Part shown: positions 50,601 through 59,074 of the stretch, piece after piece
How positions within the stretch are numbered: position 1 is the stretch's first letter
How the letters are laid out: each line of letters starts with the position of its first letter
Assembly: GCA_963700985.1 (NCBI GenBank)
Contig: OY969554.1
Span: forward strand, 1,888,001-1,952,000
DNA from: an uncultured Chlamydiales bacterium
Lineage (GTDB): Bacteria > Chlamydiota > Chlamydiia > Chlamydiales > Rhabdochlamydiaceae
Direction of reading: 5' to 3'
DNA: 64,000 nucleotides
Translations under genes and position numbers: made by a program
Notes under the pieces: generated by a model
The model's database searches: none
Told to the model about the DNA's origin: nothing
What the model saw: the letters and a program-made list of their open reading frames with translations, nothing else

Positions 50601-52228
50601 GGAACATTAAAAAGTTAACTGTCGATAGCCTCACGCTTAAGACGAGTTTCGCCTTTCAGCCAAAACGCATTGTGGTACCAACTTTTGAACTCAGCACAGA
50701 CTATGCGCGCATTCACGGCGAAGGCAGTTATGACGAGGCGAAAAAACGCTTCACGTGCAAGGTGAGTCGCTATCTGGTCGATCTAGCAAAGCTCAGCACA
50801 GATGCCGGGACAAACTTGGGGACAGCTCAAGGACGCGGCAAGCTTTCGATCGATCTTCCTAGCATGCATGTTGAAGGAGAGGCTGGCCTCGAGATGGAGC
50901 TGGTGGAACCATATGCGTTAAATGCAAAAAGCGATAAAAATGTGCTCTTCTCTTACTCACCTAAAAACGGCTTAGAGATCAAAAAGATTGAACTCGCTTC
51001 TGCTGGTCGGGAAGTTCTGTTTAATATCGAAAAAATCCAGCTCGATTCTACTTTAAAGAAAGGTTCGGCTAAAAAAGCGAATTTTATCTCAACGATCCCT
51101 GTTTTAGGCGCCCCAGCTTGGGAGATGCGCGACGTAATTTACACCAAAGAGAAAGAGCTTTGGCAATTGGGCTGTTCGACCACTTTCCGTGAAAAACCGT
51201 TGATTGTGCTTTTTACCATGGACTCGCTACGCGATAAGTTGGCCTGTATCCAGATCAAAGAGACACCTAAAGCTGAAGGCATGAAGCTTTTTGGACGCAT
51301 AGCTGGAAAAAAAGGCTGGCAGTGGCAAGGTGCGCGTGGCAAATTCGCTGGGCTTGAAGTTGACCTCGCTCCTTCTGCGCTACGCGAGCATCAGCTTATC
51401 GGCTCGGTGAAAATCGATCTGCAGCATTTAGCGCCGTATCTGCCCAAAGAAGCGAAGGAACTCACCACACTTCTCAAACTGGGCAAAGGCTATGAACTGG
51501 TAGGAGACTTTAACCTTCCAAAAGGCGGCAAGCCAGGCTTCTCCGGAAACTTCACCGGCAGCAACTTTGAATGTTTAGGTTTTGTCTTTGAGACTCTGCA
51601 AGCAAAAGCTGAGATCAACTTAGAGCGCGTGCTGTTCCAACAGCTTTCTATTGCTGATCAAGGTGGAGAGATGCAGATGAAACTCTTCCGATTAGAAAAG
51701 CGCCCTTCAACCGGCGATTGGCATGTGGAAGCGCCGCTTATTCAAGTTCAAGAGCTGCGTCCTTCACTTTTGAGACGTGGCAAAGAAGGACCACGTGAGG
51801 GCAGGCCGCTGGTAGTTAAACATTTTACTCTGACAGATCTGCGCGGTCAGCTCGGCATGCCTTCAAGTTTTAGAGCTCAAGGCCATCTTAACTTCTCTAA
51901 CTCATTTAAGAAGGAGAGCTCGCTGCTCGATGTGCCAATTCAGTTTATCAAAGATCTAGGGCTCGATCTCGATATGATGGTGCCAGTTTATGGGGAGATG
52001 GAACTGGAACTCAAAGGCGCGCGCTTCTACATTACACAATTAAAGAATGCCTACAGTGAAGCCAGACGTGCTGAGTTCTATCTCTCTGAAGAGTGGCCCT
52101 CTTTCATCGACTTCAAAGGCAACGTACATGTCGATATCAAGATGAAACAGAACGTAGCTCTCAAGCTCGTCGAGCCTTTCACCTTGAAAGTGCGCGGCAC
52201 GCTTGAGAAACCCAAGTTCGGGCTGTGA
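47648..52228 (+). CDS. Large hypothetical protein with N-terminal membrane anchor, beta-rich (AsmA-like candidate)
   Basis: 1526-aa ORF with a basic N-terminus, one TM helix and amphipathic beta patterns. Ends LKVRGTLEKPKF. Confidence 0.7.
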   Translation: MSKKPYRRKKKGLFFLLFGFFLLSLFLFRSPLLRFGLSFVLPASVSYETLEWQSGKVVAKGIYFKEEGMQLHIDQAQLAFRPAFRPLYLEMQLELSHPEILLSNDESPNADYPLYLFVPTRFAGMKLRITSGVLTLAETQRFYFTFEPGAAKEEIGHFALSSDPALFHLPLLQLDLKMEEENLAAHLKTEEILTPHLFQLASAFYPPLLNGWKSSQGLVELEANALISPHFSLCAFNAEIAGHSFDFFHPKLGLEIQGEHMQGKFFLPLLSEKREDLWKELTVSFSLEGAEGFYTLSPEEKVKVLGRTKAKLVLEPEKEPTFNVSSFLYSGEKELALQLQGAGKIQPDGSFWTTLNVKLAQEQGPPMHATLSVASPQEKEYVIQADIQEMGPELFPLISHWATFCPTEGFIEGKMIAEIKNNRLERLGFNEFKLRELAFALPSKHCSGRIDLLEMTGEIVGSQQGTNYGWGFNQLCLQSFRSKLQFGKTILKGDELELTFDQQVIARAAFKGSYQGVAADIEVHRGADPSPLIYALVGTASLQEASTIEFGCHLMRRSFSSLDELITLFHPLQGWLRSSSLSSNVYQNLVKSFDPHMRVDGALNVCAAFDEKKFEFSLQSSELNLEHPQFDFQVPQLGGLNPDLKAIFTYEYEKGHFEGRIPILEGKLIEKKTGLEIEKIAGICRVVKDQITLEGVKAECDKVRFQGNVHLGISEQKTLDLIIESSSLEAEAPDFCRLLQRFSSFPMATLPITGQIVSPAGGFTLFARTGSDIKDPIAWRFKGEFVHGAVALSSALQLKELACGLEADSHAQSFSFVDGHGLLAVADGSTYQVDFPHAIFKKEQGLQGEFGLRLRQGAKEIIWLSGNVLTSAQGNLTIAFDSTHSHFFQTKLYDANVALTEQGKLLSLACHLAIPGKELPMQCAFLQKCGLAAFDPTLVTCNGEIDLRVQLSDFLAFEAEGQELIFRGKPYQHFSVKGEKRGAEWNIKKLTVDSLTLKTSFAFQPKRIVVPTFELSTDYARIHGEGSYDEAKKRFTCKVSRYLVDLAKLSTDAGTNLGTAQGRGKLSIDLPSMHVEGEAGLEMELVEPYALNAKSDKNVLFSYSPKNGLEIKKIELASAGREVLFNIEKIQLDSTLKKGSAKKANFISTIPVLGAPAWEMRDVIYTKEKELWQLGCSTTFREKPLIVLFTMDSLRDKLACIQIKETPKAEGMKLFGRIAGKKGWQWQGARGKFAGLEVDLAPSALREHQLIGSVKIDLQHLAPYLPKEAKELTTLLKLGKGYELVGDFNLPKGGKPGFSGNFTGSNFECLGFVFETLQAKAEINLERVLFQQLSIADQGGEMQMKLFRLEKRPSTGDWHVEAPLIQVQELRPSLLRRGKEGPREGRPLVVKHFTLTDLRGQLGMPSSFRAQGHLNFSNSFKKESSLLDVPIQFIKDLGLDLDMMVPVYGEMELELKGARFYITQLKNAYSEARRAEFYLSEEWPSFIDFKGNVHVDIKMKQNVALKLVEPFTLKVRGTLEKPKFGL

Positions 52229-52238
52229 ATTCCTTCAA

Positions 52239-53093
52239 TTAGCTACGTAGTGCGTTATAAAACTCAGAAACTTTATAAAAACCATCTTTTAGGTTTTGGG
52301 AGAGACCGCATTCAAGGGCGCTTTTAGCAAAAGGAACTTGCCAGCTCTCGGGTGGTTCAGGCAAAACTGCTGGTAATGGATGTGTGTTACGTGCTCTGAA
52401 TACTCTTTGCAGAGTATATTTAAAGGTGCCAAGTTCTCGATTGTCGTATTTAAGAAGCAATAGCATATCAATAAGATCTTTCGAACGTGTATTGATTTGC
52501 TCTAGAGGAAGGGTGTATGCGTGCAGCTTTTCCGCAAATTGCTGCTCTATAGAAATCATCTGAATAACCGGGGAAGTGATCCCGCAAAATTCAAGCCAGT
52601 TTGTTCCTTGAATTTTTTCTGTCTGATCGATAAGAAAATCACCACCAACATCTAGATGAAATTCTATGAAAGGCTTGTTGTCTATAACAGCTAAGACACT
52701 ATGCCGAGAGCCGCCATACGGTGCATTTTTTATATCACGTTGAGGTTGGCCGATTTGATAGGAGAAGTAATCGTTTAAATTGATACGAGCAAGAGCTTGC
52801 AGCTCTTGTAGAATTAGTTCACTTGTTGGTTCTTTTGTGTTACTCATGCGTTTAAAGCAGGTTAAATCCATGTCTTTCGTAGCCCGAGCTCGTGCAATAC
52901 GTAACTCCATTGCATAACCTCCCTTGAGAAAAAATAATGAGGGCTCTTGAGAGAAGATTCTTGCTAGAAGTCTGTCGCACGCAACTTTTTGACGGAGGCG
53001 CCTAATGCTCTCGCCCGTGTGAAAGGAATGTATTTTAAGCTGAGATTCCAACTCTTTACGAAACTCGGCAGCAGTTTTTAAGCTTATGCTCAT
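52239..53093 (-). CDS. AbiEii-family nucleotidyltransferase toxin (type IV TA)
   Basis: Motifs RLLAR, LKGGYAM, RATKDMD, AEKLHA and RSKDLID. Confidence 0.92.
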   Translation of the reverse strand: MSISLKTAAEFRKELESQLKIHSFHTGESIRRLRQKVACDRLLARIFSQEPSLFFLKGGYAMELRIARARATKDMDLTCFKRMSNTKEPTSELILQELQALARINLNDYFSYQIGQPQRDIKNAPYGGSRHSVLAVIDNKPFIEFHLDVGGDFLIDQTEKIQGTNWLEFCGITSPVIQMISIEQQFAEKLHAYTLPLEQINTRSKDLIDMLLLLKYDNRELGTFKYTLQRVFRARNTHPLPAVLPEPPESWQVPFAKSALECGLSQNLKDGFYKVSEFYNALRS

Positions 53094-53097
53094 ATGT

Positions 53098-54492
53098 TTA
53101 TCCTAAAATTGAAAGCGCTGAGAGAATAGAATGTGGTCCATGAAAGTAGACATTTCTTGATCCAGATGAGGGATCGTAACCTAGGAGATCTTCGGCTATT
53201 GCAATGCCAACAAGAATAGGTGCATTATTTACGATTTTCCAAAGTCCACTACCACTAAGTCCTGCAAAGGAAGAGATAACTTTTCTTCGTAAATTCCTTA
53301 TTTCATATGTATGATTACTCACTGGACACGTTATATAGTCAGCGTTACGTAGTTGTTGATAGCTTGAGGCAACAAATGCATAAGGGCCGATGTTAAGTTG
53401 AGTTGTTCTAGGATTATCAAAATAGATTGGTTCGATACCTCCCAAAGAGACAAGAGCATCTTGCAGTAATAAATTCTGAGGTTCTTCTGGGATTTTGTAA
53501 AATGCTTTATAGATTTTAAGAGTATCTATGATCTCCGCGGTAGGTATGACAATAGCTAGGTCTTTCGGGTAAAGGGTCAGACCATTATCAAGCATTTTGA
53601 TATCGAAAGTTGAGTCCCATTCAAGCACTGTAAAGTTTTTCGAGGATTGTGCTGGGTATTCTCTTCTGATGGTGTCGAAGCGTAGAAGCATGCTGACAGC
53701 CTTTGCTTTCTTAAGAGCTCTGCCAATGTGAGTAGCTGTAAGTAGGAAGTATTTCGATTTATAATGACATAGCACTGCCGTTCCAAATCCTTGATCTTCC
53801 AAGGAAAGTCCAATCGTGTATGGTTCTATCATTCGCCCAAAATCTGCCAATTGAGCATTTGCTTGAGTCCATACTTTGTCGATTGCCTTAGCAATGACTT
53901 GGCTCATTCCATCAGATTCTGTCAATTTTTGAAGGAGTTCCATTTCTTGAATAGTTGAAAGGCCTTTAATCAAAGATTTCTGGATTGCAAGATCTAGGAT
54001 TGCAAGTTCAATTTGTTCATATTGAGTTGTTCCTTCTCGAATTATATCAGCCAAGGTTCGAAGTGGTGTAGTAACGCGGAATCCTTGTCGTATTTCTATA
54101 TCTGACTGTGATATTTCATCGACAAAGTGTAAGTAGAGGTTTTTTGGAATTTCTGTGCTTTTTCTGAAGCTACGCGGAACAGTCATGTGAAATTGGGCAG
54201 GGGATACATCGCTGAGGCCGTGGATATCAAGGGCAGTTTCGTGCGACCAAATTCCTTGAGGAATACCTTTTTTATCAGCGCTCCAAAGTGTCCAAAGTGC
54301 AAGCTCTTGCTGCGAAGAAGATGGATAATTTGCGAGTCGATAAATACCGTGAATCTCTTCTTTGTTCCATTTTCCTGACTGTAATTTACGATGAAAATTT
54401 GAGCGGGAAAACCCGCAATCTTCTGCTTGACGGCTTGTAAAGTAACCTTGTTGGCTTTCGGCAATCTGAAGAAGTCTGTTTTCTTTTTCCAT
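53098..54492 (-). CDS. AbiEi-family antitoxin fused to a C-terminal trypsin-like serine protease domain
   Basis: Residues 1-190 are AbiEi-like (AESQQGYFTSRQA, GIYRL, SHETALDIHGLSD, VTTPLRTLAD). Residues ~220-464 carry LTATH(255), KD(311)LAIV, GLS(413)GSG and LVGI. Confidence 0.85.
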   Translation of the reverse strand: MEKENRLLQIAESQQGYFTSRQAEDCGFSRSNFHRKLQSGKWNKEEIHGIYRLANYPSSSQQELALWTLWSADKKGIPQGIWSHETALDIHGLSDVSPAQFHMTVPRSFRKSTEIPKNLYLHFVDEISQSDIEIRQGFRVTTPLRTLADIIREGTTQYEQIELAILDLAIQKSLIKGLSTIQEMELLQKLTESDGMSQVIAKAIDKVWTQANAQLADFGRMIEPYTIGLSLEDQGFGTAVLCHYKSKYFLLTATHIGRALKKAKAVSMLLRFDTIRREYPAQSSKNFTVLEWDSTFDIKMLDNGLTLYPKDLAIVIPTAEIIDTLKIYKAFYKIPEEPQNLLLQDALVSLGGIEPIYFDNPRTTQLNIGPYAFVASSYQQLRNADYITCPVSNHTYEIRNLRRKVISSFAGLSGSGLWKIVNNAPILVGIAIAEDLLGYDPSSGSRNVYFHGPHSILSALSILG

Positions 54493-54525
54493 AACACAAA
54501 TGATATCAAATATATGATTATAATG

Positions 54526-54554
54526 TCAATTATGCATAAAAGTTATGCATTTGA
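54526..54554. promoter_or_regulatory. Candidate AbiEi operator (inverted repeat)
   Basis: ATGCATAA-AAG-TTATGCAT (54532-54550), flanked by TCAA/TTGA, about 40 bp upstream of the abiEi start. Confidence 0.5.
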
Positions 54555-54692
54555 TAACAATTGTGATATATATAAGTTATTTAGAATGTGTTAGTTAAAG
54601 ATCGAGATTTTAAGCTAATCTTTCTTTGGACTTCCCGGGAACGCTGTTTAAATTGATGCTCCATTATGATGTTTTTAAACCAGAGTATAACA

Positions 54693-55394
54693 ATGAACCT
54701 ACTCATTGAATCGTTTCTGCGAGTGTTTTTTCCTCCTCTCTGTGTGCATTGCCAAGATCCCACAGCCAAACTCAAAACAAAACTCTGCACCACTTGTTTA
54801 GAGCAGATGAGCCTGCTCGAGATTGAAGGGCGTTGTCCGCGCTGTTTTAATGAAAAAGAATCAGGTGCATGTACTCGCTGTCGGCAAAAAAGCTCACCAT
54901 TCAGGCGCATGATCGCGGCTTTTGAATATGCCGGACCTGCAGCTTCGCTCGTTCAACAACTCAAATTTGGAGGCAGACAAGAGCTCGCCAAAGATCTTGC
55001 CGCTTGGATGGTCATTCAATTTCTCAAACTTGAAGTGCCTCTGCCGGATCTTATTGTGCCCGTGCCACAACCGCTAGCACGCACTTTCACACGAGGATAT
55101 AGCCAGAGCTTGCTGCTGGCCAAAGAGATTGGGCTTTTGCTCGATCGGCCAGTTGGAGATCTGCTCAAGAAAAAAAGCGGAGACTTCCCTCAAACGGGTC
55201 TTTTGAGAGAACAACGTGAAAATTTAGCTGCGGGTGCGATCTCATGGAAAAGCCATTGCTCTATCTCGGATAAAGTCGTATTACTGGTAGATGATGTGAT
55301 GACCACGGGATCGACGCTGCGGCACTCAGCTCGGACGTTAGAAGAAGGGTTTCCCGCTGCGCTCTACGCGCTCACATTTTGTATGACGGAGTAA
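54693..55394 (+). CDS. comF: ComF-family protein (double zinc ribbon plus phosphoribosyltransferase fold)
   Basis: Four CxxC pairs, IVPVP, RGYSQS and LLVDDVMTTGSTL. Confidence 0.9.
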   Translation: MNLLIESFLRVFFPPLCVHCQDPTAKLKTKLCTTCLEQMSLLEIEGRCPRCFNEKESGACTRCRQKSSPFRRMIAAFEYAGPAASLVQQLKFGGRQELAKDLAAWMVIQFLKLEVPLPDLIVPVPQPLARTFTRGYSQSLLLAKEIGLLLDRPVGDLLKKKSGDFPQTGLLREQRENLAAGAISWKSHCSISDKVVLLVDDVMTTGSTLRHSARTLEEGFPAALYALTFCMTE

Positions 55395-55401
55395 TTTAAG
55401 C

Positions 55402-56391
55402 ATGCGCGCCATGGTGTTAGAGAAACTCGGCTCACCGCTGAAGCTCAAAGAGGTTGAAGTCCCAAAGCCCGGCAAAGGCGAGATTTTAATCGAAGTCGCC
55501 ACCTGCGGTGTCTGCCGCACCGATCTACATATCATCGATGGTGAACTTCCTCAGCCACACCTTCCGCTTATCTTAGGTCACCAAATTGTGGGCCGCATTT
55601 TGGAAGTGGGAGCTGGGGTTAAGAAACGCCACGTGGGCGAAAGAGTTGGAGTGCCATGGCTGGGTGGCTCTTGCCAAGAGTGTGGATTCTGCCAAGCCGG
55701 CCAGGAGAATTTATGCAACGATGCCGTTTTTACCGGTTATCAGAAAAATGGTGGCTATGCTGAGTTTTGTGTTGCCGATGCACGCTACTGTTTTCCATTG
55801 CCAGAACAATATGATGATGCCACTGCCGCGCCTCTTTTGTGCGCCGGCCTCGTGGGCTACCGCGCACTGCGTTTTACAGGTGCGGGTAAACGCATCGGGC
55901 TTTATGGGTTTGGCACGTCAGCGCACATCATTCTGCAAGTTGCACTTGCACAAGGACGCGAAGTCTATGTGTTCACAAGGCAAGCAGATGACGCCCCCAG
56001 TAAATTTGCTAAAAAGCTCGGTGCTACCTGGGTAGGTACAAGTGATACTCTGCCGCCTAAGCTATTGGATGCAGCTATTCTCTTTGCACCTGTCGGTGCG
56101 CTCGTGCCTCAAGCCTTAAAAGCCCTAAATAAAGGCGGCGTCGTAGTTTCTGCCGAAATCTACATGAGCAACATTCCTTCATTTCCATATAAACTGCTTT
56201 GGGAAGAGCGATCGATTCGCTCGGTTGCAAATCTAACCGTCCAAGATGGCGAAGAGTTTCTCAAACTTGCAGGAGAAATCCCCTTAAAAGTCACAGTCAA
56301 CAGCTATCCATTAGAAAAAGCCAACGAAGCCCTCAGCGATTTGCGCGCAGGCAAGCTCGATGGCGCTGCCGTGCTCACTATCAAGCAATAA
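55402..56391 (+). CDS. Zinc-dependent alcohol dehydrogenase family protein
   Basis: Motifs CGVCRTDLH, GHQIVG, CxxCxxC...C and AAPLLCAG. Confidence 0.92.
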   Translation: MRAMVLEKLGSPLKLKEVEVPKPGKGEILIEVATCGVCRTDLHIIDGELPQPHLPLILGHQIVGRILEVGAGVKKRHVGERVGVPWLGGSCQECGFCQAGQENLCNDAVFTGYQKNGGYAEFCVADARYCFPLPEQYDDATAAPLLCAGLVGYRALRFTGAGKRIGLYGFGTSAHIILQVALAQGREVYVFTRQADDAPSKFAKKLGATWVGTSDTLPPKLLDAAILFAPVGALVPQALKALNKGGVVVSAEIYMSNIPSFPYKLLWEERSIRSVANLTVQDGEEFLKLAGEIPLKVTVNSYPLEKANEALSDLRAGKLDGAAVLTIKQ

Positions 56392-56392
56392 G

Positions 56393-56422
56393 TTGACAAT
56401 ATCCCATTGCATGGGATATATT
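56393..56422 (+). promoter_or_regulatory. Sigma66/70-type promoter with operator palindrome for the downstream TA pair
   Basis: TTGACA (56393), 18-bp spacer, TATATT (56417). The spacer carries ATATCCCAT-TGC-ATGGGATAT. Confidence 0.7.
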
Positions 56423-56636
56423 GCCTGTTGTAAAACAAGGCATAGATGTGGAAAAGGAAACGCCAGCTTGGCAGGTCAGTGCCCTTAAAAAAGATAAGCG
56501 CATACCTGATAACTCATACCATTGTCACATCAAGAGCGGCCGGCCAACTTATGTGGTTTGCTGGCGAGTAGAGAATAAAAAAGTAAAAATAGTTGAGATT
56601 TTTTATGTCGGCACGCACGAAAACACGCCGTATTAA
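56421..56636 (+). pseudogene. RelE-like toxin, apparently internally deleted
   Basis: C-terminus YHCHIKSGRPTYVVCW...YVGTHENTPY is typical of a RelE-like toxin family paired with XRE antitoxins. The N-terminal portion is very short. Confidence 0.6.
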
Positions 56637-56907
56637 GCGTCCATCCTCTGCCAGGAAAAAAGAGAAAGAGCGCCTTATTCCATGGAAAGATGCTTTCAAG
56701 GAAGAAATAGAAAAATACACCGAGGCCGGCCTTTCTTTACGTGGAAGCCGACTTAAAGAAGGACTTACTCAAAAAGAGCTGGGTGATACTTTAGGGGTAA
56801 GCCAAAATCATATCAGTGAAATGGAAAATGGCAAGCGAACGATCGGAAAAGAGATGGCAAAAAGGTTTGCAACTTTTTTCAAGACCGATTACAGAATTTT
56901 TCTATAG
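56605..56907 (+). CDS. XRE-family HTH antitoxin/regulator
   Basis: HTH LRGSRLKEGLTQKELGDTLGVSQNHISEMENGKRTIG. Overlaps the 3' end of the toxin. Confidence 0.88.
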   Translation: MSARTKTRRIKRPSSARKKEKERLIPWKDAFKEEIEKYTEAGLSLRGSRLKEGLTQKELGDTLGVSQNHISEMENGKRTIGKEMAKRFATFFKTDYRIFL

Positions 56908-57020
56908 CAAGAAGAAGACAACGAAGCCTCTAAATATCTGCGGAGTAGGCTCCGACTAACCTTCGTATTGATCTTCTGTTTTTTTTCGCCCATCTAAAAA
57001 TTTACAAAGTCCAGAAAAGT

Positions 57021-58778
57021 ATGAAATTAACAGGTTTTATCTGGGGTTTTCTACGAAAGCATCGCTTGATATCTGCTGTCATTGTGTTTCTTTCGTTTAT
57101 GTGGCCATTCGAAGTGCTCTTCTGGCCTTTTTTTCTGAGGAAGATCGTCGATACTTTAAGTCTTTATGATGCGGATCGTGCGGCAGCTTGGCCCAATCTA
57201 AAAAATCTTCTTATGGGCGGTGCGGCTGCTTGGATTTTTATGGAGGGGGGATTTCGCTTAAGGGACTATTTACAAGCGCGTCTTTTTCCAAAGCTGGAAG
57301 CAGATATCCGCATGAGCATGTTTGATCATGTGCAAAGGCATTCTCCAAAATATTTCAATGAGCATTTTTCAGGCAGTTTGGCGAATAGAATTGGAGATAT
57401 GGTCTTGTCGATCATAGTAATTTTACGCAACGTTTGGGTCTATTTTGTGCCCGCGGCTCTCACTTGCACCTTGGTGATTGTGATTTTCGCAGAGATGAAC
57501 GCTTTCCTGGCGTTGATTGTGGGAAGTTGGCTTGTAATCCATTTTCTGCTTTGTTGGATTTTTACAATAAAATGCACTGAATACTCCTTTCTTCATGGAG
57601 AAGCTAGAAGCGCGCTTGCGGGAAAAATCGTCGATAGTCTGACTAACAATTTTGTAGTGAATCTTTTCTTTCGCTTCCGTTTTGAAAAAGATCAGATCGC
57701 TCAATATCAAAGAGAAGAGCAGAAAGCGAATCACTTAGCGCAAGTCTATACAGTAAAAATGTACACTTCCTTGTGCGCCGTTCTGGCTGTGGAAATCTTC
57801 ACTCTAACAGGCTTTACCATCTTTTATTGGATGCATGGGAGTATTACCACAGGAGAAGTCATTCAGCTTCTTTATACGATATGGAATTTAAGCATGGTCG
57901 TTTTGCTTATTGCCGATAGAGCTCCTGAATTTTTTCAGGCTCTTGGAATAGCAAAGCAGGCGCTTTCGGTTATGCTAGATCCGCAAGATATCCTCGATTC
58001 TCCGCATGCTGAAAATCTTTCCATTAAACAAGGGGAGATCGTCTTTGAAAATGTTTCTTTTCGTTACGGAGAGAAAAGGATTTTTCAGGATAAAAATTTA
58101 CAGATTGCCGCTGGGGAAAAAGTGGGGCTGGTTGGGTATTCAGGCGCGGGAAAATCGACCTTTGTCAATCTAATCCTGCGTTTTTTCTCTCTTGAAAAAG
58201 GCAGAATTCTGATCGATGGCCAAGATATTGCTTCGGTTACCTTGGAATCTCTTCGCCAAAATATCGCCCTTATTCCCCAAGATCCAATTCTTTTCCATCG
58301 CACTCTTGAAGACAATATTCGCTATGGACGAGTAGAAGCTTCTCAAAATGAAGTAATCGAGGCGGCAAAGCTAGCCCATTGCGATGAATTCATTAAAAAG
58401 TGCCCCGGAGGATATAAGGCACTTGTCGGAGAGCGAGGCACAAAACTGTCCGGCGGCGAAAAGCAAAGAATTGCCATCGCGCGCGCCATGCTTTTAAAGG
58501 CCCCGATTCTCATCCTAGATGAAGCCACGTCCGCTCTTGATTCGGTTACAGAACAATACATTCAAGACAGTTTAGAAAAGCTCATGGCGAATCGGACGAC
58601 GATCGTGGTGGCACATCGCCTCTCCACTCTGGCTAAAATGGATCGCATTTTAGTCTTTGATCAAGGAAAAATCATCGAAGAGGGTTCCCACCTGGAGCTT
58701 CTGAATAAAAATGGGCACTATGCCCACATGTGGCGCATGCAGGCAGGGGGCTTTCTGCCCGATAGACCTCTTTCCTAA
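57021..58778 (+). CDS. ABC exporter, fused permease/ATP-binding protein
   Basis: TM domain followed by GYSGAGKS, LSGGEKQR, ILDEATSALD and AHRLST. Confidence 0.93.
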   Translation: MKLTGFIWGFLRKHRLISAVIVFLSFMWPFEVLFWPFFLRKIVDTLSLYDADRAAAWPNLKNLLMGGAAAWIFMEGGFRLRDYLQARLFPKLEADIRMSMFDHVQRHSPKYFNEHFSGSLANRIGDMVLSIIVILRNVWVYFVPAALTCTLVIVIFAEMNAFLALIVGSWLVIHFLLCWIFTIKCTEYSFLHGEARSALAGKIVDSLTNNFVVNLFFRFRFEKDQIAQYQREEQKANHLAQVYTVKMYTSLCAVLAVEIFTLTGFTIFYWMHGSITTGEVIQLLYTIWNLSMVVLLIADRAPEFFQALGIAKQALSVMLDPQDILDSPHAENLSIKQGEIVFENVSFRYGEKRIFQDKNLQIAAGEKVGLVGYSGAGKSTFVNLILRFFSLEKGRILIDGQDIASVTLESLRQNIALIPQDPILFHRTLEDNIRYGRVEASQNEVIEAAKLAHCDEFIKKCPGGYKALVGERGTKLSGGEKQRIAIARAMLLKAPILILDEATSALDSVTEQYIQDSLEKLMANRTTIVVAHRLSTLAKMDRILVFDQGKIIEEGSHLELLNKNGHYAHMWRMQAGGFLPDRPLS

Positions 58779-58828
58779 TCTCTAGCAAGGGACTCTTTCG
58801 CATTTACAAATGAAAATTTTTTTACTTG

Positions 58829-59074
58829 GAGGGTGTCTACAAAGTAAACCTTCGATCTTTGGAAGCTTTGAAGAACTCCTCCTTCGGGTAGGAGATTCTT
58901 GCTGGCGTTGTTTTTTTACTAAAAAAGATAGCTTGCCTTTGGCAAGCGGCCTATCGCGATCTTTTTCCTCCCCCTCCTCAGCCATGTCATCTCGACATTG
59001 TCTTCGTCAGGAGAGAAAAAACCTCATCGAAAAGCTTCTCAAATCTCTAAAAGGTCTACTTTGTAGACACCCTC
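58829..59074. mobile_element. 246-bp MITE-like element, a second family
   Basis: 24-bp terminal inverted repeats GAGGGTGTCTACAAAGTA(A/G)ACCTT match at 23/24. Several internal hairpins. Confidence 0.8.
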
